From: Gracilinanus agilis | Taxonomy: Eukaryota | Direction of reading: 5' to 3' | DNA length: 64,000 nt | Assembly (NCBI RefSeq): GCF_016433145.1 | Contig: NC_058131.1 | Coordinates: 232,317,395-232,381,394, forward strand | In this document: one piece after another, positions 26,101-37,984 of the stretch | Numbering within the stretch: the first letter of the stretch is position 1 | Layout of the letters: each line of letters begins with the position of its first letter | The notes under the pieces: generated by a model | What the model saw: only the letters and a program-made list of their open reading frames with translations | Told to the model about the DNA's origin: nothing | Database searches by the model: none | Program-made: the position numbers and the translations under genes

Positions 26101-27149
26101 TATCTTTTTTTTTCCCCCTGAGGGATGTCAAGGTGGCATATGCTTAAGGCATATGTGGGGCTTAGGGTAATGGGAAGGGAGAAGAGATCCTAAATACTAA
26201 AATGTCTGGAAAAATTGTGGGGGGCGGGGAGGAACAAGATTTGGATAACAATGGTACTACTACTACAGAAGTAAAGTTTGATGACTGGGCCTGAGGAGTT
26301 TTGGATTGTGGAAAGGCTGGGGAGTTGTCTGGGGAAAGAGAAGGGCAGAAGTCATTTGTTGGAGAACACCAGGTGTGCCAGTGCAGATAGACAGAGGAAC
26401 CTCCAGTCTGCCCCTCGATACCACCCCTGCCCCACCCCAGTGGTTCCCATCTCAGAGCAGCTCCTGTAGTTTTCTTTGGCTCCCCAAACCCAGCTCCTCC
26501 CCCTTCCCCCCCCCCCCCCCCGAACGGGCTTCCCTTACCCCTGACAGTTCAAGAGCAGCAGCAGCCCAGCCCCCCCTCAGCTCCCTGCCGTTCCCTTTTA
26601 TGGAGAGAAAGAGAGAAAAGAGGAGAGGGGGAGCCCCCGGAAGAGGGGGAAGCTTAGTGGGCAGTGAAGGGGTAAGTGTGTTTCAAGAAACCCCTTCCCG
26701 GTCTCATAACCTCCCTAGCCTCAGAGACTATCAAGAAGGTCCTCATTTCCTCTGGGTCCAGGTCTCATCCTCTCCCCAGCCCCTCCTCTTACCGGGAACT
26801 CGGGACTCTTCTTTCAAGGCTCGGCCCTCCGCCTCCCTACTTCCGGGGGGGGGGGTGATTTCCCACTTAATCAAAGCGCCAAGATTTGAGGTTTAGATTC
26901 CGGGAGGATGGCCCAATCACCCCCAAACCCTATTTCTCAGAGAACGATGAGGAGAGATTTTCATATCACCCTATCCTTGAACTCTTTCTCGGCTAGGGAA
27001 GGCTTCGGGTAAATCTCAAGACATTCCCTCCCCTCTCCCAGCTTTTCTTTTCTTTTTTTAGGATCTGAGGACAAACGGCTGGGAAGCCCTCTTTAGGCTG
27101 GTGGGAGGGAAGCCCTTTTTTCCCCATTGAAATCTAAGCTTCAACTTCC

Positions 27150-27765
27150 AGCTCTGGCCTGGCGAACCCAGACCCACACTCTCCTGCCCCAGGAAGAATC
27201 GAACCCAGAACCTACAGGAGTGCAACAGCTTGGCAGAGGCCAAGAGGAAACACCTGGCGGGAAGCGGGGTGGGCGCAGCGGCCCAGGGGGCCCCGAACAG
27301 GAAAAGGTGGGGGCGCTGGATGGGGAGGTCAGAGGAGTCAGGCTAAACCACTTCCCCGGGCCCGGGGCGCCGCACTCTGCGGCCAACCCCAATATTGGCT
27401 CCTCGGTGTCGGGAAGAGCCTCCCCTGGCCTGCCAGTCTTCCTGACCTTTGCCGCTAGGGCCCTAGACAGCTGCGGCCAGCTGTGCTGAGTCAAGCTGTC
27501 TCCGCGCGGAAGGCGGGAAGCAGGCTGGCCTGGAGGCGTGTGTGCCTTTGTGGACTGAGAAGGTGGGGTTGAGTTTGGGGGCGGGGCAGCTGGTGGTGGG
27601 GAGGCTCCGGGTGAATGGGTAGTCTGTGGGTTTAGGGGGAACGGGCTCCGTGCGGGACGTGGATCCGTGTGCGTGGAAGGCTGCATGGGGAGTTGGGGGG
27701 GATGTCTATGACTGTGGGAGGCAGGCAGGCTCCGGAGGGACTGCCAGCCCCCCCCCCCCCCCATT
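27150..27765. promoter_or_regulatory. Orphan CpG island / candidate enhancer or promoter (GC-rich zone extends to about 26400)
   Basis: About 28 CpG counted by eye in 27241-27720; CArG CCAATATTGG 27389-27398; AP-1 TGAGTCA 27487-27493; GC box near 27580. Confidence 0.6.
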
Positions 27766-28586
27766 AGTGGTTGTAAAATACTGGATTCAGAAGATGTGTG
27801 TTGGGATCTAAATATAGGAGGCTCATCTCTGGGAGCTTTTTTTTTTTTTTTTTGTCAGCGTGTCATTGTGATCGTTGCAAACAGTTTTGTTCAATTGAAT
27901 TACAGCAAGGTAGATTTTGCCCTGAATGTATCCTGGCATCACCAAGCTGTTAAGGCATGGACTGATTTCTCTGGGTTTCAGCATTTATACCTTATCTACA
28001 CAGACACTGAACTTCAAAACGGTATAAGTTCATTGCTATTGTCATGAAAAACTCTTAGAATTCAGAACTCTGAGTATGCTGCTGTTTTTCTTCAGTGAAG
28101 TCAGTGAATGGCAGCAGAAAGGGTTCTCGGAGATCCACTTAGTCCAGTCTGTACTTAATCAAGAATCCCAATCTGTGGTCATCCAGACCTTTTTCAAAGG
28201 ACTTCTCCCACAGCCCAGTAGAACCACTGTGGGGCAACTTTAAAGCTGGGAAGCTTTTTCTAGCATCAGTCTCTGCCTCTTTGAAACTTCCTCTCACTGT
28301 CTTTAAGAGTAATAAACTCTCCTGGAAAATCAGCAACGTTTCCTAAAATCCAGGTTTTCATTAAGTGGCCATGGTGTGTTAGGTTCATAATAAGGGAACC
28401 TTGCATCTTTTCCCCCACCATGGTGGAAAGCAGGGGAAGAGCACCTAGACTGGAGTCCCAGCTCAGACAATATGAATGCTGGAGTGACCAAATCATCCAT
28501 AATCTCTGCTCAGAAAACTTCTAGAGCTCTCAAGTGCCTACTAAATAATAACTTTACCCCCAAAATGTAAATTGCCTGAGTGCTTT

Positions 28587-28788
28587 AAAAAAACAACAAC
28601 AAAAAACTATTACCTTCCATCTTGGAATCACTACTGTGTATTGGTTCCAAGGAAGAAGAGTGATAAGGGCTAGGCTATGGGGGTTAAGTGACTTGCCCAG
28701 GGTCACACAGCTGGGAAGTGTGATTTGAACCTAGGACCTCCTGTCTCTAGGCCTGGCTCTCAATCCACTGAGCTACCCAGCTGCCCCA
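28587..28788 (-). mobile_element. SINE1_Mdo-type SINE with 11-bp TSD
   Basis: TSD CTGAGTGCTTT at 28576-28586 and 28789-28799. Confidence 0.92.
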
Positions 28789-29470
28789 CTGAGTGCTTTT
28801 TTAAACCCTAGTCCTGTCTCCTCCCTGCCCCTCCTCCCAGATCAGGGGTACATTTAGCCCAAATGGCCTACATGTTGTTCGCCACACATCACATGGCATC
28901 TCCTGCCTCCAGGTCTCTGCACAGCCTGTACCGTGCCCCCCCCCCTTTCCTCCTTCCTTCCACCTCTTGAAGCCCTTAGCTTCCTTCAGAGCTCTGATCA
29001 AGACAACCCTGCTAGTAAGGCCTTCCATGATCCTACTAGTTGTTGCTCTTTCTCTTCCTTGCCATTACTTTGTATATAGTTTGTATGACCTCTGTGCAGA
29101 GTTTGTATTTAATCTGTGTACAGGAGGGGCCTTGGTTTATGTAGCCAATACATTCCAAGACCCTTTGAGTAAGTTGAAATCTTGCATAATAGTGACCTCA
29201 GTATTTCACAAGCTATTATTCTTCATGTGAACCTATCTGATTTTTAAAAAGTACTATAGTTAATGAAACAAAGAGAAGCACTGCCTGACTTGGATGCAAC
29301 TTCCGATGGAGAACCCTGAAGAAAGGTTATTTGTGAGAGTTAATGTTTGATGAAAAACAATGTAATGATGTTGTGGGGGGGGGCTTAAGGTGAACCCCTG
29401 GGGTTTGGGAAGGCTACCTTTTGCAAGGATGAAACAGCTTAAAAATAAAAAAAAATTTATTAATTTAGAA

Positions 29471-29659
29471 CAGTGGTTCTCAAACTTTTTTGGCCTACTG
29501 CCCCCTTTTCAGAAAAAATATTACTTAGCTTACTTATATACTATCACTATCCCCTTACAGTTATTCACTGCCCCCAAATGTACCTGTGGCCATCACCGAA
29601 TCTCTGGGATCGATGCAGCACCCACCAGGGGGCGGTAGCACCCACTTTGGGAATCACTG
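29471..29659. mobile_element. hAT-superfamily MITE (189 bp)
   Basis: Terminal inverted repeats (TIRs) CAGTGGTTCTCAAA / TTTGGGAATCACTG; perfect 8-bp TSD ATTTAGAA (29463-29470, 29660-29667). Confidence 0.93.
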
Positions 29660-30149
29660 ATTTAGAAGGTAATGTTGAATCTGGCTGGGAGGACAGCATA
29701 GGTGGAAAACTGCCTCCTAGATAGAAAGTTGTTTCTTGGGAGGACAGCATAGATGGAAAGCTGTCCCCTAGAGGTCATCAATTCTGGAGTTTTTATACTC
29801 TATACAACACTGAAGACATGAGTATGCATTCTGGCACAGTGGGTGGGAATTTGGTCATCTGACCAGGGTCTGTCTGCCTGAAGACATAAGGGGTGACCCT
29901 CATAGTTTAGGAGACAGATGGATGTCTGAGATACAACTCAATGGTATTAAGGCATAGCCTGGAGGTGTATCTCTATGTCCATCTCAAACCTAAAGGATGA
30001 ATCCTCTCAGGGTCTTATCAGATGTTTAAGGTTAGTAATCACAAGGATGCAAGGGAGCAAAGGAATTTTTCTGCTTATAGTTTGCCTGAAATACTTCTAT
30101 AATTTGGGGGTACAATGTCCCATGCCAATGAGTCACACTAAGGCTTCCA

Positions 30150-30715
30150 TCTTTTTTTAAAATTTAATTAATTTAGAATATTTTTCCATGGTTCCATGGT
30201 TCATGTTCTTTCTTTCACCTCCAACCACCATCACCACAGACATGCAATTCCACTGGGTTTTACATGTAGCATTGATCAAGACATATTTCCATATTGTTGA
30301 TATTTGCAATAGGGTGATCTATTAGAGTCTACATCCCCAGTCATCTGCCCATCAACCCATGTGTTCAAGCAGTTGTTTTTCTTCTGTGTTTCTACTCCCA
30401 CAGTTCTTTCTCTGGATGTGGACAGCGTTCTTTCTCATAAGTCCCTCAGAATTGTCCTAGATCATTGCATTGCTGCTAGTAGAGAAGTTCATTACATTCG
30501 ATTGTGCCACAGTGTATCTGTCTCTGTGTTTAAGATTCTCCTGGTTCTGCCCTTTTACTCTGCATCAGTTCCTGGAGGTCATTCCAGTTCACATGGAATT
30601 CCTCCAGTTCATTATTCCTTTTAGCACAATAGTATTCCATCACCAAGATATAATTTGTTCAGCCATTCCCCAACTGAAGGATATCCCCTCATTTTCCAAT
30701 TTTTTGCCACCCCGA
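30150..30715 (-). mobile_element. Opossum-type L1 3' end
   Basis: tttaattaatttagaatatttttccatggttcc... matches the other two copies in this window. Confidence 0.85.
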
Positions 30716-31614
30716 AGAGTAAGAATCCCATCTTATTTTTTCTGCCTTTTTTTTTTAACTGCCAAGCCTATATACTTGAATTTGCATATGTTCAATTGTG
30801 TAAAACAAGGGCCTACTATACTTGTTCTCCTCAGAAGAATGTAGGCTCCTTGAGGGCAAGGACTGTCTCCCTTTTTTGGCATTGCAAGAGCTTGACCCTG
30901 TGCCTGGACCTCAGTAAGGGGCTAAATAAATGTTTTATGACTGTTAATTTGGAAATTACACAGAACTACCAAAGTAGTTAGGAAAACCAAATCTTTAATC
31001 AGTAAAGGGATAAGTCCAATATTTGTCCCTTTACTCAGAGCCCGGCACCAAAACTTTTGCAGGGTCTACAGCCTGGGACTCTGGGGACATTATCCCTGGG
31101 AGTGACACCAGGCTAGATGGTCGACACCCTGGGACTCTGGGGACATTATTCCTAAAAGTGACACTGGAGGAGATGACTCCAAGGAACAAAAGAATTTGGG
31201 GGACCTATATATCATTTAGGGGATCCAGGGGCAGGGAAAGATGACTGACATTACCATCGATAAAATGGGAGTGTTCAAACTATAGGGACAGGATACCATC
31301 TAAGCTTGGGAAAGGAATCATAGCTAGAGGCTGGAGTGTAAGGGAAGGGGCTACTTACAATGGATACTAAAAGGATGGTCCCTGCCCAAATGTAGGTCTT
31401 CTTGGGAACAGGCTTGATTCAATGGGGAAAACTTCCAAGATAAAAGGAAATTTAGCATTTGCTTAGCTCTACCTAAATGAGATTATCATTTACCTTAGAG
31501 TCTATGCTACAAGTTTTGGGGTTTCTACATTCCATGTTGACATGACATAATTAGAATGGGAGTCAGAATTCAGGCAGGGTCTCCAGTGTGTGGAAGGTTG
31601 GGCGCTGGAGGGGT

Positions 31615-32010
31615 TGTGTGTGCATCTGAAGGCGCCTGGGTTCGGAGAAGGGATGTGGGCAGAAGGCCAGGCTCTAGGGTTGTGTACTTGAGTAGGAAGC
31701 TGGGCCCTGGGGTGGTGTATGTGCAAGAGTCTGGGCTCTGGGGGAGGGTGCATGTGCAAGAGGCGGGGCTACGGTGTGTGTATGTGTGTTTGTGCACGAA
31801 ACTGGTCTGGGGAAGGGGGCGGTGCAGGAGGCCAGCTCTGCGGGGGTGCGTGTGCCGGAGGCTGGGTTTGGCGGAGAGCTAAGGGGTCCGGCTGTGGGGA
31901 ATTATCCTTTAGTAGAAAGCAGGGGTAGAGGCGTTTCTTGTGCAGGAGGCCGGCTCTGGGGCAGTACGCTTGAGTAGGAGGCAGGGCTGGAGGGATACGA
32001 GTGCGGGGAT
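31615..32010. repeat. Degenerate 30-33-bp G-rich minisatellite upstream of OST4
   Basis: About 9-10 units of approximate consensus TGTGCAGGAGGCYGGGCTCTGGGGGNGGTGY. Confidence 0.65.
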
Positions 32011-32351
32011 TGGCGGGTGGGGTTGGGGCTGGTTAGACTCTGCCTGGGGGGAAGGGGCGTGGGTGGGTGGGAGCCTAGCTACTCCTTACGCCCAGCCAGC
32101 CTACATGACCCAGGAAGACCAAGCACTGGCTCCCTCTGCAGGTGGCAGTTTACGGGTTGGGGTGGGGTGCGGGGCAGCTCAAGAGAGCTAGCGCACGCGC
32201 ACATGCCTAGATGAAGCGGTGTGCGCCTGGCTCGCCCAGCCGAACTCTTGGGAGCATACGAGGCGGCGGGGAGAGGGACTAGAGAGGCCGTTTCCTTCGC
32301 TCGCCGCGCGCGGCCGGCCACGTTTCCTTTGGGTTACGCGGATTTCTCGTA

Positions 32352-32655
<304 letters not shown>

Positions 32656-33211
32656 GTCGCCGCGGCCCCGCTGCAGGTAATGCCCTCCTGCCCTCTGGAG
32701 CTGGCGGCGGAGAAAGGCCGCTCGGGCCAGCCCGGGCTTCACCTGCGCCCTCTCCTTGTGTCTCCCAGATGGCTCTGTACTCTAGAGGGAGCGTTTTCGT
32801 GCTCGTCTCTCCTGCCCGCTCAGAGCCGAGGATGTCACAAGCCTGAGCCCAGGAAGGGCCCTCGAGGGACGCGGAGGCGCCTGCTACCAGGACCAAAAGC
32901 CAAGAAGAGGATGGGAAGCATTTACTCCAAGGCTGAGGGGTTTGGGCCTCTATTAAACATCCCCCTCCTCTTTTGAGGCTAAACTGGCATTTGTTAAGAG
33001 GCAGAGATTGCTTACTGGGAGTTGGGAGTGGGGAAGAGCTGGAATAGTTTCTATGCACAGTGGGTAAGGAGCTGCAGATCGCCCCGTGTGGGTCCTCCGG
33101 GTTGGCCACGAAGAAAAAGGCTTTCGAGGAATTGGGTGAGGGAGAATCTGAGACGTCCCTCTGACCTCCCACCAGAAAGGGGAGGCAGCAACATTCTTTC
33201 CTCTTTTCCAG

Positions 33212-33460
33212 GGTCCCCTGATAAAGTCTGAAGCTAGTTGGTGTGTGGGAGGGAGTTTTAACACTACATTCAATCCTGTCCACCTTTCAAAATATCAAAC
33301 ATTTCTTGAGGTTTTTTTTCCAAACAACTTTTATTTCCTCAAAGTCTTCCCTATCCTATGAAACAAGCCAGAGGCAAAATCTGCCACTGAATAGGGCTCA
33401 GTGTAGGGGCTGATTTCTTTTCCAACCCATCAATATAAAAAATATATATATATGGTCCCA
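33212..33460 (+). other. OST4: OST4 exon 3 (3' UTR)
   Basis: Acceptor tttcctcttttccag|ggtcc; AATATA/TATAAA variant polyA signal at 33432-33439; resembles the human OST4 3' UTR as recalled. Confidence 0.8.
33330..33335 (-). terminator. AGBL5: AGBL5 long-isoform polyA signal AATAAA (inside OST4 exon 3 on the other strand)
   Basis: TTTATT on plus; the first canonical hexamer I found downstream of the AGBL5 stop. Confidence 0.75.
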
Positions 33461-33653
33461 AATTCCTGTGCTGTGGAGGGAGGGATGGGGCTATGAGGTC
33501 CCTGCTTCTTTGTCCTGCTCCAAAGTGGGCCCGGGACAATGAGGCTGGCTCTTTAAGGGAGCCATGGTTGTTACAGGGGGAGAAGCAACTGATTAGGGCA
33601 TTTCTTGTGCCCGAAAACCATGGGAGGATGTCCTGCCATGGAGTTGGGCAATA

Positions 33654-33825
33654 TCATACTCTGGGAGACTGAGTGATTAGGGGGGGCTTGATAATAGAAC
33701 AACTATCAGGCTGTCCCAGTGCCCCCCCACTATAACAAGTTGGGGGCTGGGGGCAAATGATGGGACAGGACAGAAATGAGGAGGCAGGGGCAGAGTGGGG
33801 CCTTGGGGGCCCAACCGGGTACAGC
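33654..33825 (-). CDS. AGBL5: CCP5 exon 15 (terminal)
   Basis: cttttacag|G CTG; LYPVGPPRPHSAPA...LITQSPRV*, TGA at 33656-33654; full CDS 2670 nt = 889 aa. Confidence 0.92.
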
Positions 33826-34204
33826 CTGTAAAAGAAAAGAGGAAGGTCAGGGTAATAAACTCTGCTCCTTCAATACTCAGCCTAGGAGGATCTGTTCTTT
33901 GTATAAGTGTCCAGTGATAGGCAGCCACCTGGGTTTTAGGGTCTTTCTCCAATGGAGAAAGGGAATCTCAGCTAAAAGTTTTCTTAGTGAGGATGGCGGT
34001 AATGCCTTGGTAGGAAAGTCTAGGAAGCTGAATTTTTCAGTGGGATTGTGTATTTGGACTGTAGAGTGATAAAGGAAGTTGGGGAAAATCCTTAGAAAGG
34101 AGATAAAGTGGTGAAGGACAAGAATGAAGGTGAGAATTATAGGACATAATTCAGGGTCACAGAAATCAAGATTCCTATGGAAGAATTAGGGCCCTTGTGC
34201 TTAC

Positions 34205-34338
34205 CCTGGTGCAGCAGAGCAGGATTCTGGCTCTGGCTCAGTGCTGTCCCTGGTCCGGGGGATGGGGAATGTGGGGCCCGAAGAGCCTCTCATCCCTCTG
34301 CCAGGCGGCGATGAGCCCCGGCCCAACCCGGGCCTAGC
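34205..34338 (-). CDS. AGBL5: CCP5 exon 14
   Basis: [44 protein letters not shown]; donor GG|gtaag; 134 nt. Confidence 0.93.
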
Positions 34339-35234
34339 CTGTATGGATAGGGGATGGCGCTGAGGGCTAGACTCTTCCCCTGAGCTTCTCACTTCCTGGA
34401 CTTGATTCTGGCATCTCCATGGAGGGAGTGTGGTACAGTAGGGGGTTAACACAAAGGAACTAGGACTTAGTACTCCTGGGGACTGTCCCTAGCTGGACAG
34501 GTAATAAGGGCCTGGGGCAAAGAAGGACTTTATTCAGGCTGGATTATGCCTTCCAGGGTCTTACCCAGGGTAGGGATAGCAAAAGGGTCCAGGTGCTCCA
34601 CAGTTTTGAGTCTCTGTGGCCCCTCCTCTGTGGCGAGGGGCTAGATGAGCAGAGAAAGCTCTACATGGGGAAATGGTAGCTATATGCAAACCTCCCTCCA
34701 GAGATCCTCTGCTCCTTAGCCCCTGCCAGAGGAGTTTATCCTCAGTTGCCCAATTGGGTGTTGCCTATACCCCCTTTTGCCAACCCAAAGGGTTCAACAC
34801 TAGCCTGGGGGCCTGGTCTGAACCCTGGGGTTGGTGGCATGGCTGCTCCTTGGAGCAGCAGCCAGAGGTGTTACCTGGGGAATCCGGGACCCCTCCTGGC
34901 GGAAACTCTCCTCGGGCAGTTCTGGGCAGAAAGAGAGGAGAGGCTGAAGGCAAGGACAAGAGAAGCCAAAGCTAGGAAGCTGAGGCTGGGGTATAACTGG
35001 CAGAAAAGAATGAAGCTATGGAAACTGGAATTATGGGTTGAGGGATTGTTGCTAATTGTTAGGGAAAAGCAGATTGCTATGGTTTTCTCATTTCCCAGAT
35101 AAGTTCCCTACTGTGGCAATAGATCAGTGTTGGACATTCTCCCTCCCACTACCAGAATGAAGTATGTCTTGTCCACTGGATCTGGGCTGTTAGGGTAACT
35201 GTTCTGGGAACGGGGAGAGGCTACAAAGTGTTAC

Positions 35235-35347
35235 CTGCAGTCGAGCCCTGATGCAGGGGGTTCGAGACCCACTCCCCAGCAGCCCCTTCCCGATAACCAT
35301 GACAGTCTCTGGTTTATCCCCTGCAGAGAGGAGTGAACAGCTACTCC
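35235..35347 (-). CDS. AGBL5: CCP5 exon 13
   Basis: [38 protein letters not shown]; 113 nt. Confidence 0.93.
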
Positions 35348-36190
35348 CTAGGGATTAACAGAAAATTATAACTGGAATGAGACCACAGCAAAGAGGTTTA
35401 AGGACTACAAATCACAGCATTTGAAGGATGATGAATTAATGTCTTGGGGTTGGCATAGAGTCCTTCCTAATGTGGCTTTGGTCAGAACTTAGCTACAAAA
35501 TTCTGGTTATAGAGAAGATGCTCAATCTTATGTGCCAAGTAGGTCTTCCAGGACCTCTAGTCATTAGATAAGTCAGACCTTAAAAGATAAAGTCAGAATC
35601 TGAGATTGGAGTGGGTATGTGCTGGTAGCCCCTTAAGAATAAGTATTATAATCATGGAAATGGTAATAGCTTCCTAGAAGGTGCTCTGTTCACACAGATG
35701 AGCCTTGCTTATTAACTCACAAAGAAGGAAAATATTTGTTCCAGTTAAGTTTAAGTAGATATGAGAAAGTACCTGCAAAAGGCTGCCCTTGTCTCATTTC
35801 TAGTGTCCTACCATGACACCGATTTGGGGATTAGGAACTACAAGTGGATATCATTGGACAAGTAGGAAAAAAAATCTCTTTTGAAGGGATTAAGTTGAGT
35901 AGGCATAATTCAAAATCTTTTTAAGTCATAAAATTCTCAATTTCTTCCAGAAGAGATAAATGTTTTATGTGGGACATCAGAATAATCCAGGCTTGTGAGC
36001 AGGGGTACAACTGAGGCTGTAAGAAGGGATGGACCAGAGCCATGTGGTATTGATAAGGAAGCCAGACTAGATGGCAGCAGAGGTGAGATTCTTGTCTAAG
36101 GCCTTGTTGATGGGACTGACTTGTAGCTGTTGATTGGAGGAATAGGGGGAAGTCGGCGAGAGCAGAAAGTCAATGGCATTAGGTACAGAC

Positions 36191-36364
36191 CTGCTATACC
36201 AAGTGAGGTAGGCAGTAAGCAGGTGCCCATGTTTCTTGAAGGGGCTGGGCCGGCACTAGAAGGGGTTGGGGGTGAGTCCAAGCTGCCTGTGGTAGGGTGA
36301 TGGGTAAGTGGTTGCTGATGGGTCAGTGGTTGCTGCCTTCGTCTCCTGTCCTGTCCTCGGGATT
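36191..36364 (-). CDS. AGBL5: CCP5 exon 12
   Basis: ccactcag|AA TCC CGA; ESRGQDRRRRQQPLTHQQPLTHHP...TCLLPTSLGIA; donor gtctgt; 174 nt. Confidence 0.88.
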
Positions 36365-37579
36365 CTGAGTGGAGATGACAGAAGAGGATAAAGGAGGAGT
36401 CAGTAGGGAGTTGCTCTGCCCATCTTGCTCATCTCACAAGATAATTTACTGGAGTCTGGGCTTTGTGCATAAATAACAGTGTACTTTTTTCCTGGAGTAA
36501 CCCTCAGATGGAGAGAATCTCTAACAAACATTAGAGATGCAAAAGCAAGGGGAAATAAACTATTTTCTCTAGTTAAGAAAACTATTATGATGCTAGGAAG
36601 TGAACCAGGATTTGTGTTTTCCATCTGGGTCTTTTCCTTGGGGAAGACTATGGCCTTGACTGTTACCAACTACATCTTAAAGTCTATTCAGTGACCCAGT
36701 AACAGATTATTAAATATTACTATTGATAATTTTTTTTCATATTACAAGCTATCTTTTATCCCAAAATACCATTGAGGACTCCCCTATATCCTGCCACTGA
36801 GTTTCAGTCTTTTCTGATTATGTATATCAGACCGAATATTACCTCCCATCCAGCTTATAAGGCGTTAGCTAACCCAGTGCCTGTTTCTTTTACCTGCTCG
36901 GACTTTCCAGTCTGGAGCAGCCCAGCTCTGCCCATGACTCTGTTGTCTTTGTTTCCCTGCTGTGTTGCAGTCCTCTCTTTCCTCTGTCGAGCTCCCTGTA
37001 TCTGTCACACACAAGGAGGGTATTCGGGACTAGTTTCCTCAATAAAGAAGAGGGGGATAGGACAGAGTATGGGCACGGCAGGACTTTTAGCTAGACCTCA
37101 GAAAAGCAAGATTCCATCTGTTCTCTTTCAACCTTATCTTTCTGACTTAATGTCCAATACTGGGCTCTTGTGTACTTTTTTGGGCTTCTAGAATGGAGGG
37201 AGGAGAGTACTGCTTGAAGGCATTTCTTGACCTTGATTATGAGTGGTTCTGATTTTGTTTTCAAGAGGGTACTTTCTCAGAAAGGCCAGTTATACCCAGC
37301 AACTATAGCTGGCCAAGTTGGAAGCCACATTGCTGTAATGACCTGTGCTAACTGGTTTTTCTAGATTGTTGTCTCTTCTGTTTTGGGGGTGGCAAGGACT
37401 GTTGCCCTTTTTGGCAATAGCTGAGGGGAGTGGAGGCTGCTGCCACTGTGGAGCTCCTTTCTGCATTGTATATTTACAGGATATTTGCTCCTAAGCTTCA
37501 AAGAGTGAATGTATTAAAAATGTAGCAAGAAAGAAATAGAAGTGATGCCGTTCTGGAGTTATCTCATGGATCACTTAGC

Positions 37580-37975
37580 TCAAGTGTTCTTAATCTTTTT
37601 TGTATCATACACTCCTTTGGCATTTTGTTATTTCTCAGAATAATGCTTTTAAATGCATAAAATAAAATACATAGGATTATAAAGGAAACCAATTATACTT
37701 AAACACAGCTTTCAAAAAACATATATTTAGAACCCTTACCTTCTGCCTTAGAATTGATATTAAGTATTGGCTCTAAGGCAGAAGAATGGTAAAGGCTAGG
37801 CAATTTGGTTGTTAAATGACTTGTCCAGGGTCACACAGCTAGGAAATGTGTGAGGCCAGATTTGAACTTCTGGAGTCATCCTTTCCAGGCCTGGCTTTCT
37901 ATCCACTGAGCCATCTAGCTGCCCCAAAAATAACTTTTTAAAAGATTCACAGATCCCTAGTTAAGAACCCCCAGC
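37580..37975 (+). mobile_element. Old hAT-Charlie relic interrupted by a SINE (37725-37926)
   Basis: gttcttaatc...tcagaataatgcttttaaatgcataaaataaaatacataggatta and terminal gttaagaacccc resemble Charlie ends. Confidence 0.6.
37725..37926 (-). mobile_element. SINE1_Mdo-type SINE
   Basis: Family match. Confidence 0.85.
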
Positions 37976-37984
37976 CTAGCTAGA

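Noticed and set aside
26306-27764. 196-aa, 120-aa and 207-aa ORFs in the CpG-rich region
   Set aside because: Pro/Gly-rich, cross homopolymer runs, non-ATG or arbitrary starts, no homology recognised
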